NCBI RefSeq assembly: GCF_963921235.1
Contig: NC_086097.1
Location: forward strand, 144,834,001-144,898,000
Length of the DNA: 64,000 nt
Direction of reading: 5' to 3'
From: Mobula hypostoma
Lineage: Eukaryota
Of the stretch, positions 25,951 to 38,607 are shown piece after piece; positions within the stretch are counted from its first letter, which is position 1; every line of letters starts with the position of its first letter. A model generated the notes under the pieces. The model was not told the origin of the DNA, did no database searches, and saw only the letters and a list, made by a program, of their open reading frames with translations. A program made the translations under genes and the position numbers.

Positions 25951-28199
25951 ATTAAAATCCATTTTAATACCAAGTGATGAAAGTGGTCATAGTGTTACTA
26001 AAATGTAACCGTTAGGTTTGTACCAGTTGGTACAAGAAACAAATGGATAAAGGGATGTAACTGTTCTTGAACCTGCTGGGACTTCAGGCTTTTGTATCTC
26101 CTAACCAATGGAGGCTGTGAGAAGATGACATGACCTGGATGATAGGGATCTTTAATTATGTTCATTGCCTTCTTGAGGTGAGGAGGAAAGATGGGAAGGG
26201 ATGTCCCTGTGATGTATTGGGCTCAGACCACTACTCTCTGCAGCTTCGTATCTTCTTGCATATTTGAATTTCATACCAAAACCATCACAGTCAAGATGTT
26301 TTCAGCAGTACATCTGGGGAAGTTTATTGGAGTGCTTGGTAACAATTAAGCCTCTTTAATCTCCTAAGAAAGTAAAGACATGGGTATACCTTACTTGTAA
26401 ATTCATCAGCAGAAAAAGACAAAAACATAATCTCCAATGAGATTCTGGTGCTCTTTCTTGGTGGTTATTCAACTTTTTCACTCCCCCCCCCGCCCCCACA
26501 CACACACCAGTCTCCCTTTAAACCTAAACGCCTTCCTCTCAACCAGTCTCTATCTCACTGCTTGGATGTAATAGCCTTTTATCTCTCTAGGCTCAACATT
26601 ATTTTGAATCCTTTCTCTTTTTTTTCATTCTCATCCTTTTCAGTTGTACCTTCTTATTTTCTTCAGTTTTTTTCTCCCTGCAGCCTTCATTTTCACCCAG
26701 TATCAACATCCATTGTTTCTGCAAGTTCCTCACCTCTCCTCTGTCAAAAACACCTCATTATGTCAATTTACAAATCTCCTTTTCATCATCTCCATTTCCT
26801 CCCTCTGCTTTCTTTTTCACACATTATTCTGTCTTTTTGAAACAACAATGGCAGAATAAAGAGTAAGTTTAACCTAATAATTACCTCTCCCTTGTCCATC
26901 CTAGAGTACTCCCCCTGCTCATTGGACAGGAAGCTCATTCAGTCTTAAACTGTCACAGCAGAACCATACTTAGTTTTACATTCTTCCTTGTCTTTAAACT
27001 ATGCCAAAACAGAAAGTACATAGAACTATTTAATGCTTCCTATACTTCATTTTATTAGATAAACTTTTTTATCTTTCAATGTTTAGATTTCTTGTAAGTG
27101 AATACACTGTATTGAGATGCTGGTCAACTGCGTGGAAGTTTTAGGTTCTATCCTGAGACGTGAGCGTAGCCAGGTGATTCCTTGCAGAAGCAGGGAAACT
27201 CTCAGTCCCTTCAGAATCTGTGGCTGGACGAGTCAACTAGATAAATCCAACATTTTCACAGGGTAGCATCCAGCCCTCTTATGGGCTGCTGACCAGGCTG
27301 TTAGGTGCCAGAAGAAAACAAAAACATAGTGGCACACATGAGCAAGTTTTGCATAGGAACCGTAGCAAGTGTTTCAGAGTAAACTAGAAGCTAATAGAAA
27401 GCCAAGTACACTATACCTAGTTAAGTCAAGTGGGTAGCACAATTCCCAATATGCAGCTGGAAGGGCTACATTCATTCCTCGGCTGGACCTGGCAAGAGGA
27501 AGGAATAGGTTTGAACTTCATGGCCAATGGTACCAAGTTCAACCATCTTATGGGATGGGGCACAGTTTATGGCTTATCTAGCTGAATGGAACTGAATGCA
27601 CAGAGGCAGGTGATAAGGATAAGCGAAGAGCCCTTCTTTATTTTTTTCATTTAAACTCCATTCGAAGTAGTAGCTTTTTCTCCAAAAATAACATCAAACA
27701 CCACTTGAACTCTGTAATATTTTTATTTTGTGTGAGTGCATTTTCTTTATAGCAGATCCTGCTACTTGGGCCCCAAAAAGGAAAGTTAACTGCAGCCAAA
27801 ATATTATTTATGTGCAAGGCTGGAATATTCCACTAGCCAATGGCTCTAGGGAGGCAGAGGGATTTTAGCAGGGGGGCTGGGTGGGGGAGGCAAAGTACAT
27901 CTTACATTTTTGATGCCTAACGTGTTATTCTATCACAAGTCATAACATGTTACCTTGCTCAGAACACTGGCCTTATGCAAATTACTCAGAAAAAAAGCAG
28001 TTTTCTGAATATTAGATTACATTAAGGTTGGTTAGCAACCATCAGGATACTAGCCTTGGCATTTCCAGGTATGATTCTCTTATGCAAGGTCACCACATTC
28101 CATCAGTGGGATGGTATTGATGATACGAGATGTACAATGTATATTCACTCTACTGCTGGCAGAAATTGGAGCTTTGAGTGAAAAGCGGCATTTGCCCCA

Positions 28200-28340
28200 G
28201 ACTGAGGGGAGTGGTCCTGAGTTCGAATCCGGCCCGCTCTTTGCCTGAGGCTAGCAACTCAGCCTCGTAAAAAACAGACAAATGTTAAAGAAACTGCAAG
28301 GTTGCTACCCGATGCGCCACAAGACGTGGAGAGGAACAGA
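28200..28340 (+). mobile_element. tRNA-derived SINE, same family as 53741-54440
   Basis: B box GTCCTGAGTTCGAATCC at 28214-28230 and a shared GCTAGCAACTC..TAAAAAA block. Confidence 0.65.
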
Positions 28341-28747
28341 AATAAAAGTGACACTATGGCCTGCACGCACAAAAGTATTGGGAGCATTGCATAACGTACA
28401 AGATACGACAAACCTTCAAGGTCTACACTGTCCTATCTTTTGATCAATTATTATAGGAGTGTGTGGTGCTCATACGGCTACTGTACTTGGTGAGGTGTCG
28501 CTGGTCTCCTGCCCTCCATCCTGGAAATCACTTGAGTTGTCTTCAGGTTCAGGTAGACTGAGTTCACTCATCATTTGGTTCTGCTCAGTCACGTTCGATG
28601 ACCTTCCATCTCATACATTTTCCTCTATGTCCATGGGAGCTCTTTCTGCTGCCATACAACAGCTACCATGAGCGGAGTTCTTTACTTTCGGCTCAGTGGG
28701 TGAGGTTGCAACAATGTCTGGATGCATTTTCCGATCAGAAGCACATC

Positions 28748-29490
28748 TTCAGAACCAGAATTAGGTTTATTTTCATTTACTTAGATGACATGAAATATGT
28801 TGTTTTAGTGGCAACAGTACATTGACATAAAGTTACTACAAATAGCAAAAATCAAAATAAACACAAGAGATTCTTATATGCTGCAAATCCAGAGCAACAC
28901 ACAAAAAATTCTAGGGGAACTCAGCAGGTCAGGCAGTATCTATAGAGAGGAATAAACAGTTGACATTTCAGGATGAGACCCTTCATTAGGACTGCTGAGG
29001 TCCTGATAAAGCTGTTTCTGAATCATTGAGTGTGCGTCTTCAGGCTTCTGTACCACCTCCAAGATGATAGTAACGAGAAGAGAGGATGTCCCAGATGGAG
29101 AGGATCCCTAGTGATAGATACTGCCTTCTTGAGGTGCCATCTCTTGAGTATGTCCTTGATAATGAGAAGGGTTATGTCTGTAATGGAGCTGAATGAGTTT
29201 ACAACCCACTGTAGCTTCACATGATACTGTACATTGGAGCCCCCCAAAAGTTGTTTGTTTGCCAGCCCATCGAGGTACACTTTCTGTACACTATAGAAAT
29301 GTATTAGTCTTTGATGACGTACCAAATCTCCTCAAATTCTTAAAGAAGCATGGCTCCTTGCTTGCCTTCTTTTTGATTGTATCAATGTGATAGATCTTCC
29401 AAGATGTTCACGCCCAGGAACTTGAGGCTGCTCATTCTTTGCACTGCTGACTCCTCACTGGGGACTGGTATGTGTTCTCCTGACCTCCTA
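28748..29490 (-). mobile_element. Rex1/Babar LINE 3' part carrying a PLE terminal fragment (about 28860-29011)
   Basis: HLGHPLFSLLSSWRWYRSLKTHTQ. PLE arm with a decayed hammerhead motif at 28957-28994 on the minus strand. Confidence 0.8.
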
Positions 29491-29512
29491 TTCCCTCAGC
29501 TTTGATCACGCA

Positions 29513-30030
29513 CATACTCGGTGGCCACTTTATCACGTACAATTATCTAACCAGCCAATCATGTGGCTGCAACTTAATGCAAAAAGCATGTAGACATGGT
29601 CAAGAGGTTTAATTATTTTTCAGTTCGAACATCAGAATGGGGAGTAAGTGACTTTGACCATGGAATAATAGTTGGTGCCAGACAGGTCAGTTTGAGTGGC
29701 TCAGAAACTGCTGATCTCATGGGATTTTCATGCTCTAGAGTTTACAGAGAATGGTGTGAGAAACAAAGAACATCGAGTGACTGGCCATTCTGTGGGCAAA
29801 AATACATCTTCTTAACAAGAGAGGTCAGAGAAGAATGGCCAGACTGGTTCAAGCTGGCAGGAAGGTGACAGTAACTCAAATAACCATGTATTACAATAGT
29901 GGCGTGCAGTGGAGTATCTCTGAATATACCCTGAAGTTAATTGGCTACAGCAGGAGAAGACCATGAACGTACACACAGTGGCCACTTTATTAGGTACAGG
30001 AGGAACCTAATAAAGTGGCCACTTACTGTA
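29513..30030 (+). mobile_element. Internally deleted Tc1-like DNA transposon
   Basis: TIR core GTGGCCACTTTAT at the left end and its reverse complement at 30005-30030, ending in TA. Transposase N-terminus SDFDHGIIVGARQ..SETADLMGFS..SRVYREW. Confidence 0.85.
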
Positions 30031-30559
30031 TATCAGTACACCAAGTGCCTTAGCATAAGTTATTTTTTTGAATTTGTGACAATTTCAGAGTAGGGATTAG
30101 GATAACATAGAGCACATTTGTCACAGCAATAGAAGATAAAACACAGCAACTAAGACCTATATCTACCTTCAGAAATACACTTAGCTGAAAGGCCTCTAAA
30201 TGGTCACCCTTCTCTTTCTAAAGCGTGTTTCCCAATAGGAGTAATTTTTCATTACTGGTAAGGTCTGGAGGTACAATTGATCCTCTGTCCTCTAGGCACA
30301 AAATATATGGAGCTGTAGAAATGAATCTCAGGGATGGGGTATGACCACTGCTCCATTTACGCTATCGTGGATGACCAGATGTGTTCTTTGATAATGTAAA
30401 ATTAGGTATGAATATTAGTCTAATCAGCTGGAGAACTCCCCCACTCTTCTTTGAAATGTACCGTGGTATACAAGCAGCATGATCAAAGGATATATGATCA
30501 TCTAGTCATCAAGTGCCCACTCTTTCCAACTAATGGCAGTAATTATCTAGACCAGCAAA

Positions 30560-31787
30560 GGTCAGACTACAATGACTGTTGAACCCTGCTCACTCAGCAC
30601 ACCATACATGGAAGTCATAGGTTGCAGATTGGAAGTGTGTCATTTATGACAACCATTGATTGATGGTAGCATGGCAGATCAAACTTGCTGCGGGAAGAAT
30701 GAGAAGTGGAATGTAGAATAAAGTATTCTGAAAGAGGTGCGAGAGCTGAAGGACCTGGGCCTAGGAGTGCACCTTGAAAGTAACAGGACAGGCTGAGATA
30801 ACATTTTTGTACTTTATCTCCGGAGGTACTGCGATAAAAGCAGGTAAGCCAAGCTGAACAGTGATAAAATGTTGGCGTGGCCTCAGCTTCAGTCTTGCCA
30901 ACTCATTATGGGCAGGATTTGGAGGCTTTGAAAAATACTCAAAGGTCTGGAATGGAGAAACTGCAGACATAAGGATAGATTAGAGAGGTTTGGACAGAAT
31001 GGATAGTAGGGGACTTCTCTTGTTGGGTGGGGGGTTGAGGACTAAAGGTCACAGATAGTTAACCAAAAGGAGCTGAGTTAATAGTGAATTCATGTAAACA
31101 GTTTTTTTTACTGCTGTGTATGTTTAGAATATGAAATGTATTGGCTGGGAATGCAAGGGAAAGGTTCCATTGTGACCCTCAAGAGGGAATCGGATAAACG
31201 TATGGAGTGGAAGATTTATAAGGCTATAGAGAAGAGGGAAGGGGTGGGGCAAAGTAGAGTTGATAGGGCAGGGAACAGTGAATGGAAATCACAAAACTGT
31301 AGACTCTAGATGTCTGCAACAAAATGGAGAAGACTGGAAAAGTTCAACAGATGGGGCAGCATTAGGTGTTAGTGAAAGGGACAAAGCAGAATTAATGTTT
31401 CAACTATTATCAGAACTAACAAGTTGCTCTGGTGGAGAACCAGCATGCTGACTGTCCTTGATTAATCTGTAACTTTCTATATGAAAATTTATAATGTCCC
31501 TTAGGATGGGTTTCTATAATTTGTCTAATAACCAAAGTTAAAATGACTCTTTTACATTTATTTGGCTGTTCCTAAATTATGGCACAATATTAGCAGGAAG
31601 ATTTGAATACAGGATCAAATTATATAGGGCTTTGATGACATACACCTGGACTGTTGTGTACATTTTTGGTCTCTTTACCGAAATAGGGATATACTTGCTA
31701 TAGACAGAATATCCTGCTGATTCACTGGAGCGTTTCCATGAGCAATAGAGGTGGACAGAAATTTCATAAGCTAGATTTACATACTTC
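30560..31787 (+). mobile_element. Degenerate CR1 3' fragments; the copy starting at about 31590 is the Gypsy target and resumes at 35851-36225
   Basis: CR1 C-terminal coding remnants. GATTTACATACTT joins AAAATTTCAAAGAATGAGTAGGGATCTCATTGAAAC across the provirus. Confidence 0.65.
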
Positions 31788-32379
31788 TGTTGCAACGGAC
31801 AAGATGAACCCAAACGCAGGACACAGGAACGGAGATTGAGTTCGGATGCAGCCGCGGGTGTGAGCATTGAACGGCAACAGGAGGGAGTGCAGGAAAGCAG
31901 GAGGCAGGCAGAACTTATCTTGACACGGAGAATAGAAAGGAAAGCGGCGGCCAAAACTTTTCTTAGCACGGAGAGATGGAGTTACACAGGTAAACTTTGG
32001 TGCTGAAGTAAAACTTAGAATACTTATCTTGATATGGAGAGACTGAATTTCACAGGTATACCTCGGAACTGGAGTAAAACTTCGAAAACTTATCTTGACA
32101 CGGAGAGACTGAGTTTCAGAGGTAAATCTCAGTACTGAAGCAAAACTTCGAACACACAATCCTAAGTGGCCAGGAAACGTTAATTACCACACTGGCAAAA
32201 CCAATGATCTGGCAACTAGTGGGTGCAAAGCCGGGGTTCTTATGCTGCAGGTATTGATGAGAACCAGGTGTGCCGCCATCAAAGGAAATTAGGAGAAAAT
32301 AGGGAATTAATGGTCTGAACCGTGGCACAATCAAGGGGAATTAGGAGAAAATGGGGAATTAACGGTCAGGACCATGACA
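31788..32379 (-). repeat. 3' LTR (592 bp) containing about 66-bp tandem units
   Basis: Direct repeat of 35433-35850. The units start with ACTTATCTTGACACGGAGA-like sequence over 31913-32153. Confidence 0.93.
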
Positions 32380-32391
32380 ATATCCCCCTCA
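32380..32391 (-). other. Polypurine tract
   Basis: GAGGGGGATAT on the element strand, immediately before the 3' LTR. Confidence 0.8.
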
Positions 32392-35300
32392 ACAGGAGCC
32401 CCCAGGCGAACCACCAAGCTTGTCCTGATTGTCTCTATGGAAATCTCGGATGAGGGAAGGGTCCAAGATGAAGGAGCGGGGAATCCAGGTGCGCTCCTCA
32501 GGACCGTATCCGTCCCAATCGACCAGGTACTGGAGACCTCTGCTTCAGCGGCACACATCCCATATTCGTCAGACGGTGTAAGCTGGGTGATCATCAATGG
32601 CCCGGGCGGGTGGAGGAGGTTCAGCAGGAGGGCACAAAGGGCTGACAGACACAGGTTTCAGTTGGGAGACGTGAAACGTGGGATGAATGTGCATAGATTT
32701 GGGCAGTTTGATTCTGACCGCCGAGGGGTTGATAATCAATTTCGAATGGTCCAAGGTAACGAGGGGTGAGTTTCTTGGGTTCATTCTTGAGGGGGATGTC
32801 TTCTGAAGAGAGCCAAACCTTCTGCCCAGGCCGATAGTTGGGCACAGGAATTTGATGGCGATCAGCGATCCTCCGGTTGCGGTCAGCTGAGCAGAGCAGG
32901 GCCGAGCGTGTATCCTTCCAGATCTTGTGGCACCGGCGGAGATGGGACTGAACTGAAGGCACAACAATGTCATCTTCATGGGCAGGAAACAGAGGGGGTT
33001 GATAGACAAGGGAGCATTCAAAAGGAGGCATTCCAGTGGCGGTGCTGACCAGGGAGTTGTGGGCATACTCAACCCAAACGAGATTGGTGCTCCAGGATGA
33101 CGGGTTATTGGTGGATATGCAGCGCAATGCTGCTTCCAAATCCTGGTTTGCTCGTTCTGTTTGACCATTAGTCTGTGGATAGAAACCAGAAGACAGACTT
33201 ACTAAGGCTCCAAGGGCTTGACAGAAGGATCTCCAGACACGAGAGATGAAATGGGTGCCCCGGTCAGAAACAATGTCAGAGGGAATTCCATGAAGGCGGA
33301 AGACGTGTTGGACAAAGAGGTCGGCTGTTTCACGGGCTGTAGGGAGTTTGGGAAGAGCTATGAAGTGCACAGCTTTGGAGAAATGGTCCACCACGGTGAG
33401 TACAGCAGTGTTACCATGTGAAGGGGGTAGTCCAGTAACGAAATCCAGAGCAATGTGGGACTAAGGGCGGCCAGGGACAGGTAGGGGATGAAGCAGCCCA
33501 GCAGGTGGCCGATGGGAGGCTTTTCCGCAGGCACAAACAGAACAGGCAGAGACAAAGGAATGGGTGTCAGCGTCCATGGTGGGCCACCAGAAATGTTGCT
33601 TCAGAAGTGACAGAGTTCAATCGATTCCAGGATGGCAGACGAAACAAGTAGTATGTCCCCACTGGAGAACCTGAGACCGGACAGAATCGGGCACGAAGAG
33701 GCGATTGGAGGCTCCGTTGCCTGGGTCAGGTTGAGTCCGTTGGGTCTCTTTGACTATGGATTCGACCTCCCAGATGAGGGCAGCCACTACACAGGATGGT
33801 GGAGGGATGGTCTCGGTGTTGGGAAGGCCCTCCTTGGAGAAGTATTGATGGGAGAGAGCACCGGGCTTCCAGTTTTTGGGACCAGGATGATAGGTGAGGG
33901 TGAATTTGAAATGGCCAAATAATAATGCCCAACGGGCTTGGCGGGAATTAGGGCATTTAGCGGTTTGGATGTATGCCAGGTTCTTATGGGCTGTCCAGAT
34001 GATGAATGGACATCAGCTCCCTCCAGCCAGTGCCTCCACTCCTCCAAGGTGAATTTGACAGCCAGTAACTCCCAGTTCCCAACGTTGTAGTTCCGTTCGG
34101 CGGGGGATAGACAGCGAGAGAAGAAGGTGCAGCGATGGGGCTTTTGGTCTGGGATGGAGCATTGGGAGAGGACCGCTCCCACCCCAGAGTTGGAGGCATT
34201 GACTTCCACAATGAATTGGCGAGAGGGGTCAGGTTGGACCAGGATGGTGAAACGCCTCTTCAGCTCCGAGAAGGCTGAGTCCCCTTCGGGGTCCCAGTGA
34301 AAAGAGGTTGCAGGAGAGGTGAGTTGAGTATGGGGAGCTGCCACCTGGCTGTAATCCCTGATGAAGTGACGGTAAAAGTTTGCGAACCCCAGAAACCGCT
34401 GGGGTTGCTTGAGTGTCGTGGGTTTTGGCCACTCCGCCACCCCTCGGATCTTTTCGGGATCCGCCCTCACTTGCCCGGTCTCAATGATGTACCCCAGGAA
34501 ACTGACAGAACAGGCATGGAACTCGCACTTCTCTGCTTTAATGAATAGCTTGTTCTCCAAAAGCCTCTGAAGAACCTGACGGACATGATGGGTGTGTTCC
34601 TGAAGACTGCAGGAGAAGATTAGGATGTCGTCCAAATAAACGAAAATGAAATGGTTAATAAGCTCCCTAAGGACGTCGTTTACCAGGGCTTGGAAGATGG
34701 CAGGGACATTGGTGAGACGAGTGGCATGACCAGGTATTTGAAATGACCGAGAGGGGTGTTAAGAGCCGTTTTCCATTCATCTCCCTCCCTTATCCTGACC
34801 AGGTGATGGGTATTCCGCAGGTCCAACTTAGAGAAAATTGTGGCTCCGTGAAGGGGCTCGAAAGCAGAGTTGATAACGGGTAGGGGATACTTATTCTTTA
34901 TGGCGATGCTGTTCAGACCACGGTAGCAAATGCAGGGGCGCAGTGAGCCGTATTTCTTCCCCACAAAGAAGGAACCTGCAGCTACAGGGGAGGATGAGGG
35001 TCAGATAATGTCAGCTGCAAGAGAGTTATTTAGGTAAGCCTCCATTGCTTCCCTTTCTGGCCGGGACAGGTTATACAGCCGACTGGTGGGTAGAGGGGCT
35101 CCGAGGAGAAGGTCAATTGTGCAATTGTAAGGGCGATGTGGAGGCAGGGAAAGAGCCCGTTGCATGCTAAACACTTCTCCCAGATTGTGATACTCTACTG
35201 GAACCGTGGACAAGTCAGGGGGTTAGACAGGGTTCCAGGAGTGGGTTGAGTAAAATGAGTGGAGGCATGGTCCACCTGGTCACCGATCTGTGTGACGTGA

Positions 35301-35416
35301 GCAGACAGGGAATGGAGGTTCTCCATGACCTCCTGGAGGAGTTGGTTGTGCTGTCCCAGTAGGGAACCCTGGCTGGCGAGGGCGTGTTGAAGGGTATTCA
35401 TGTCTGCTGGGTCCAT
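32389..35416 (-). pseudogene. Gypsy gag N-terminus fused by deletion to a frameshifted pol (RT, RNase H, integrase, chromodomain)
   Basis: MDPAD.. gag start. [74 protein letters not shown] and the chromodomain [17 protein letters not shown]. Confidence 0.92.
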
Positions 35417-35432
35417 GGTGACCAGATAGTTC

Positions 35433-35850
35433 TGTTGCAACGGACGAGGCGAACCCAAACACAGGACACAGGAACAGAGATTGAGTTCGGATGCAGACGC
35501 AGGCGTGAGCGTTGAATGGCAAACAGGAGGGAGTGCAGGAAAGCAGGAAGCAGGCAGAACTTATCTTGACACGGAGAGACTGAGTTTCACAGGTAAATCT
35601 CGGTACTGAAGCAAAACTTCGAACACACAATCCTAAGCGGCCAGGAAACTTTAATTACCACACTGGCAAAACCAATGATCTGGCAACAAGTGGGTGCAAA
35701 GCCAGGGTTCTTATGCTGCAGGTCTTGATGAGAACCAGGTGTGCCGCCATTAAAGGAAATTAGGAGAAAATAGGGAATTAATGGTCGGAACCGTGGCACA
35801 ATCAAGGGGAATTAGGAGAAAATGGGGAATTAATGGTCGGGACCGTGACA
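35433..35850 (-). repeat. 5' LTR (418 bp)
   Basis: TG..CA ends and only one 66-bp unit. CATAAGA TATA-like box at 35709-35715 on the element strand. Confidence 0.93.
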
Positions 35851-36279
35851 ACTTTAAAATTTCAAAGAATGAGTAGGGATCTCATTGAAACTTTAAAAAT
35901 CCTTATGAGGCTTGAAGATACGAGAAGGATATTTCCCTTAGATGCAGAGTCTAGAAGTCACAGTCTCAGGACAAGGGGTAAACCATTTTAACAGAGATGA
36001 AGAAAAATTTCTTCATTGAGGGAATAGTGAATGCTTGGAATTCTTGACCTCAGCACTGTGGAGGTCTTGGTGTTCATTCAAAACCCATGCTGATGGATTT
36101 CTGGACATTGTGAATCAAGGGATATAGTTGTAACACTAGAAAATGGTGATGAGTTAGAAGATCAGCCATTCTCAATGAATTGTGAAATAGATTCAAAGGG
36201 TCAGATGGACCAAATCTGTTCTTCAGAATGACTGATTTACAGAAATGAAAGTTTAAATTGTTCCCAACTACTTAGGAAT

Positions 36280-37195
36280 GGCATGCCAGTGATTTGGATG
36301 ATGGAATTGATGGCTTTGTGGCCAGGTGTAGTGTTGAGAAAGCAGGGAGTCAGTAGAAGGACCTTGAAAGATTAGGAGAGTGGGCAAAGAAGTGAAAGAT
36401 GGAATACAGTGTAGGGAAGTTTATGATCATGAACTTTGGTAGAAGGAATAAAGGCATGGACAATTTTCTAAATGGCAAATAAAATCAGAAATCTGAGGTG
36501 CCAAAGGGGTTTGTGTGTCCTCATACAGGATTCCCTGAAGGTTAACTTGCAGGTGTCGGTGGTAAGGAAGGCAAATGCTAATTCAGCATTCATTTCAAGA
36601 GGAATGAACATAACACCAAGGATGTAAGGCTAAGGCTTTTAAGGTCCTTGGTCAGACCACACTTGGAATATTATAAGCAGTTTTGGGCCCCTTTTCTAAG
36701 AAAGAATGGAGGAGGTTCATGAGAGTTGTCCTGGGAATGAATGGGTTAACATATCAGGAGCATTTGATGGTGGCTCTGGGCCTGTACTCACTATAGTTTG
36801 TAAGAATGAGTGGGGTTCTTATTGAAACCTATCGAACATTGAAAGACCTAGATAGAGTGGAGGTGGAGAGGTGTTTCATGTACTGGGGGTGTCTAGGGAC
36901 CAAAGGGCACAGCCTCGATATAGAAGGACATCCCTTTAGAACAGAGATTAGCTTGAATTCCTTTAGCCAGAAAGTTGTGAGTCTGTTGAATTCATTGCTA
37001 CAGGTGACTGGAAGCCCAAGTCCTTAGGAATAATTAAAGTAGAGGTTGATAGGTTCTTGATTATTAAGGGTATTAAAGTTTATGGGGAGAAGCTAGGAGA
37101 ATGGAGTTGAGAGAGAGAATAAATCAGTTATGCTGGATGGTGGATCAGACTCAATGAGCCAAATGGTCTCATTCAGCTCCAATATTTTATGGTCT
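36280..37195 (+). mobile_element. CR1 LINE 3' portion, degenerate
   Basis: Collinear with 9470-10440 (GATGGCTTTGTGGCCA.., AAGGAAGGCAAATGC.., VLIETYRTLKDLDRV). Confidence 0.85.
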
Positions 37196-37313
37196 TCTGG
37201 TCAAGTGCAATAATCTCTCACATCTGCAAGTGAAACATTGCTTCCACGGAATGAGACAAATCATTAACTGATGAAAGATGAACAGAAAGATCAGAGACCA
37301 TGTGCAAAAATGT

Positions 37314-37612
37314 CGCAGTTTGACGATAAAGGGGAAGCCTTTTAGCACCAAGATGAGGAAAAACTTCTTCACACAGAGAGTGGTGAATCTGTGGAATTCT
37401 CTGCCACAGGAAACAGTTGAGGCCAGTAGATTGGCTATATTTAAGAGGGAGTTAGATATGGTCCTTGTGGCTAAAGGGATCGGGGGTATGGGGGGAAGGC
37501 TGGTACAGGGTTCTGAGTTGGATGATCAGCCATGATCATACTGAATGGCGGAGCAGGCTCGAAGGGCCGAATGGCCTACTCCTGCACCTATTTTCTATGT
37601 TTCTATGTTTCT
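37314..37612 (+). mobile_element. Young 5'-truncated CR1 3' end with 8-bp TSD
   Basis: MRKNFFTQRVVNLWNSLP, (TTCTATGT)n tail, TSD AAAAATGT at 37306-37313 and 37613-37620. Confidence 0.88.
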
Positions 37613-38607
37613 AAAAATGTAATACCCGTAGATAGTCGTAGGGCCTTGGGTATTATGAAAATTAGAAGCCCTACATCCCATTAAATATATTAATGCATTG
37701 AACATATGTAAAACCATTAAATGTTTTAAATTGCGCATTAATAAACAAAGCATATTATACAATGTCAAAACTAACTCTTAATTTTCCATCATAATAAAAC
37801 CATGTCTTTAAGGAATAACTATTTTCATTTAAATGTACATTTCACATTGTTCCTGCACATCAGCCCAGTGTATGTACAATGTTGACACATCAATTTATAC
37901 AATGGTTATGAGCATGACTCCAGGAATGCCACTGGTGACACTTACTGTTAAAAGAAGTTGTAGACCTACAAAATACATCTCAGTATTTAATCATCCCAAA
38001 CATGTACTAAACATCCTCTGCTTCAAATTTCATGTCTATATATCCGATTACACACATTTTAATACTGTCATCGCATAATTATGTAACAAAAGTGTGAGAA
38101 GAAAATTCTCATGAGAAAATACTGCTTGCCTGTTAAATCAGCCATTCTTCCAACATAAATGAGCAGTGCCTTCCAAGCTTTGAAGTAGGAAAGCTCGTGT
38201 ATAAAGTCAGCCATGTTAAGCTGCCGCACTAGTTTCAGACTCTATTTTTTCCAGAGATCTTTCATCAGAATTGTGAAAAGTGGTGGGTACCTACTGCCCA
38301 GCAAGAAACAGGGGGATCGAGAACCCTGTAAAAAAATGAAACACATGTAAAGCCCTGGAAAGGAACCAATCAAAGGAATAGTTTTTCTCAGATCTAGTTC
38401 CATAGAGTTCCTGAACGAAGAGACAATTTTGATCAAAGTCATCTCAATGGAAAAACATATCAGTTGATTATTTCTCTATATTTTCTTGGGGGAGGAAAAC
38501 ATTTAAGGAAATACCCATTTATGCCATTTGCAAACTCGAAAGGCAGTTTGCTGGATACGTAACTTTGAGCTGGTGATTATGAACAACAGGACACTCGTGG
38601 CAAGGTT

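Larger units (their letters stand above)
31788..35850 (-). mobile_element. Ty3/Gypsy LTR retrotransposon, Tf1/sushi chromovirus type, defective
   Basis: Two TG..CA LTRs. TSD ACTTC/ACTTT (31783-31787 and 35851-35855). Domain order RT-RNaseH-integrase-chromodomain. PPT next to the 3' LTR. Confidence 0.95.

Noticed and set aside
31913..32153. Regularly spaced repeats resembling a CRISPR array
   Set aside because: The 'spacers' are homologous to each other, the array lies inside an LTR, the context is eukaryotic and there are no cas genes.
32374..34548. Plus-strand ORFs within the Gypsy element
   Set aside because: Antisense shadows of pol with no independent motifs.
38294..38345. Strong minus-strand acceptor with a possible 35-nt exon
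   Set aside because: The donor is weak and there is no recognisable peptide. Such sites are common by chance.
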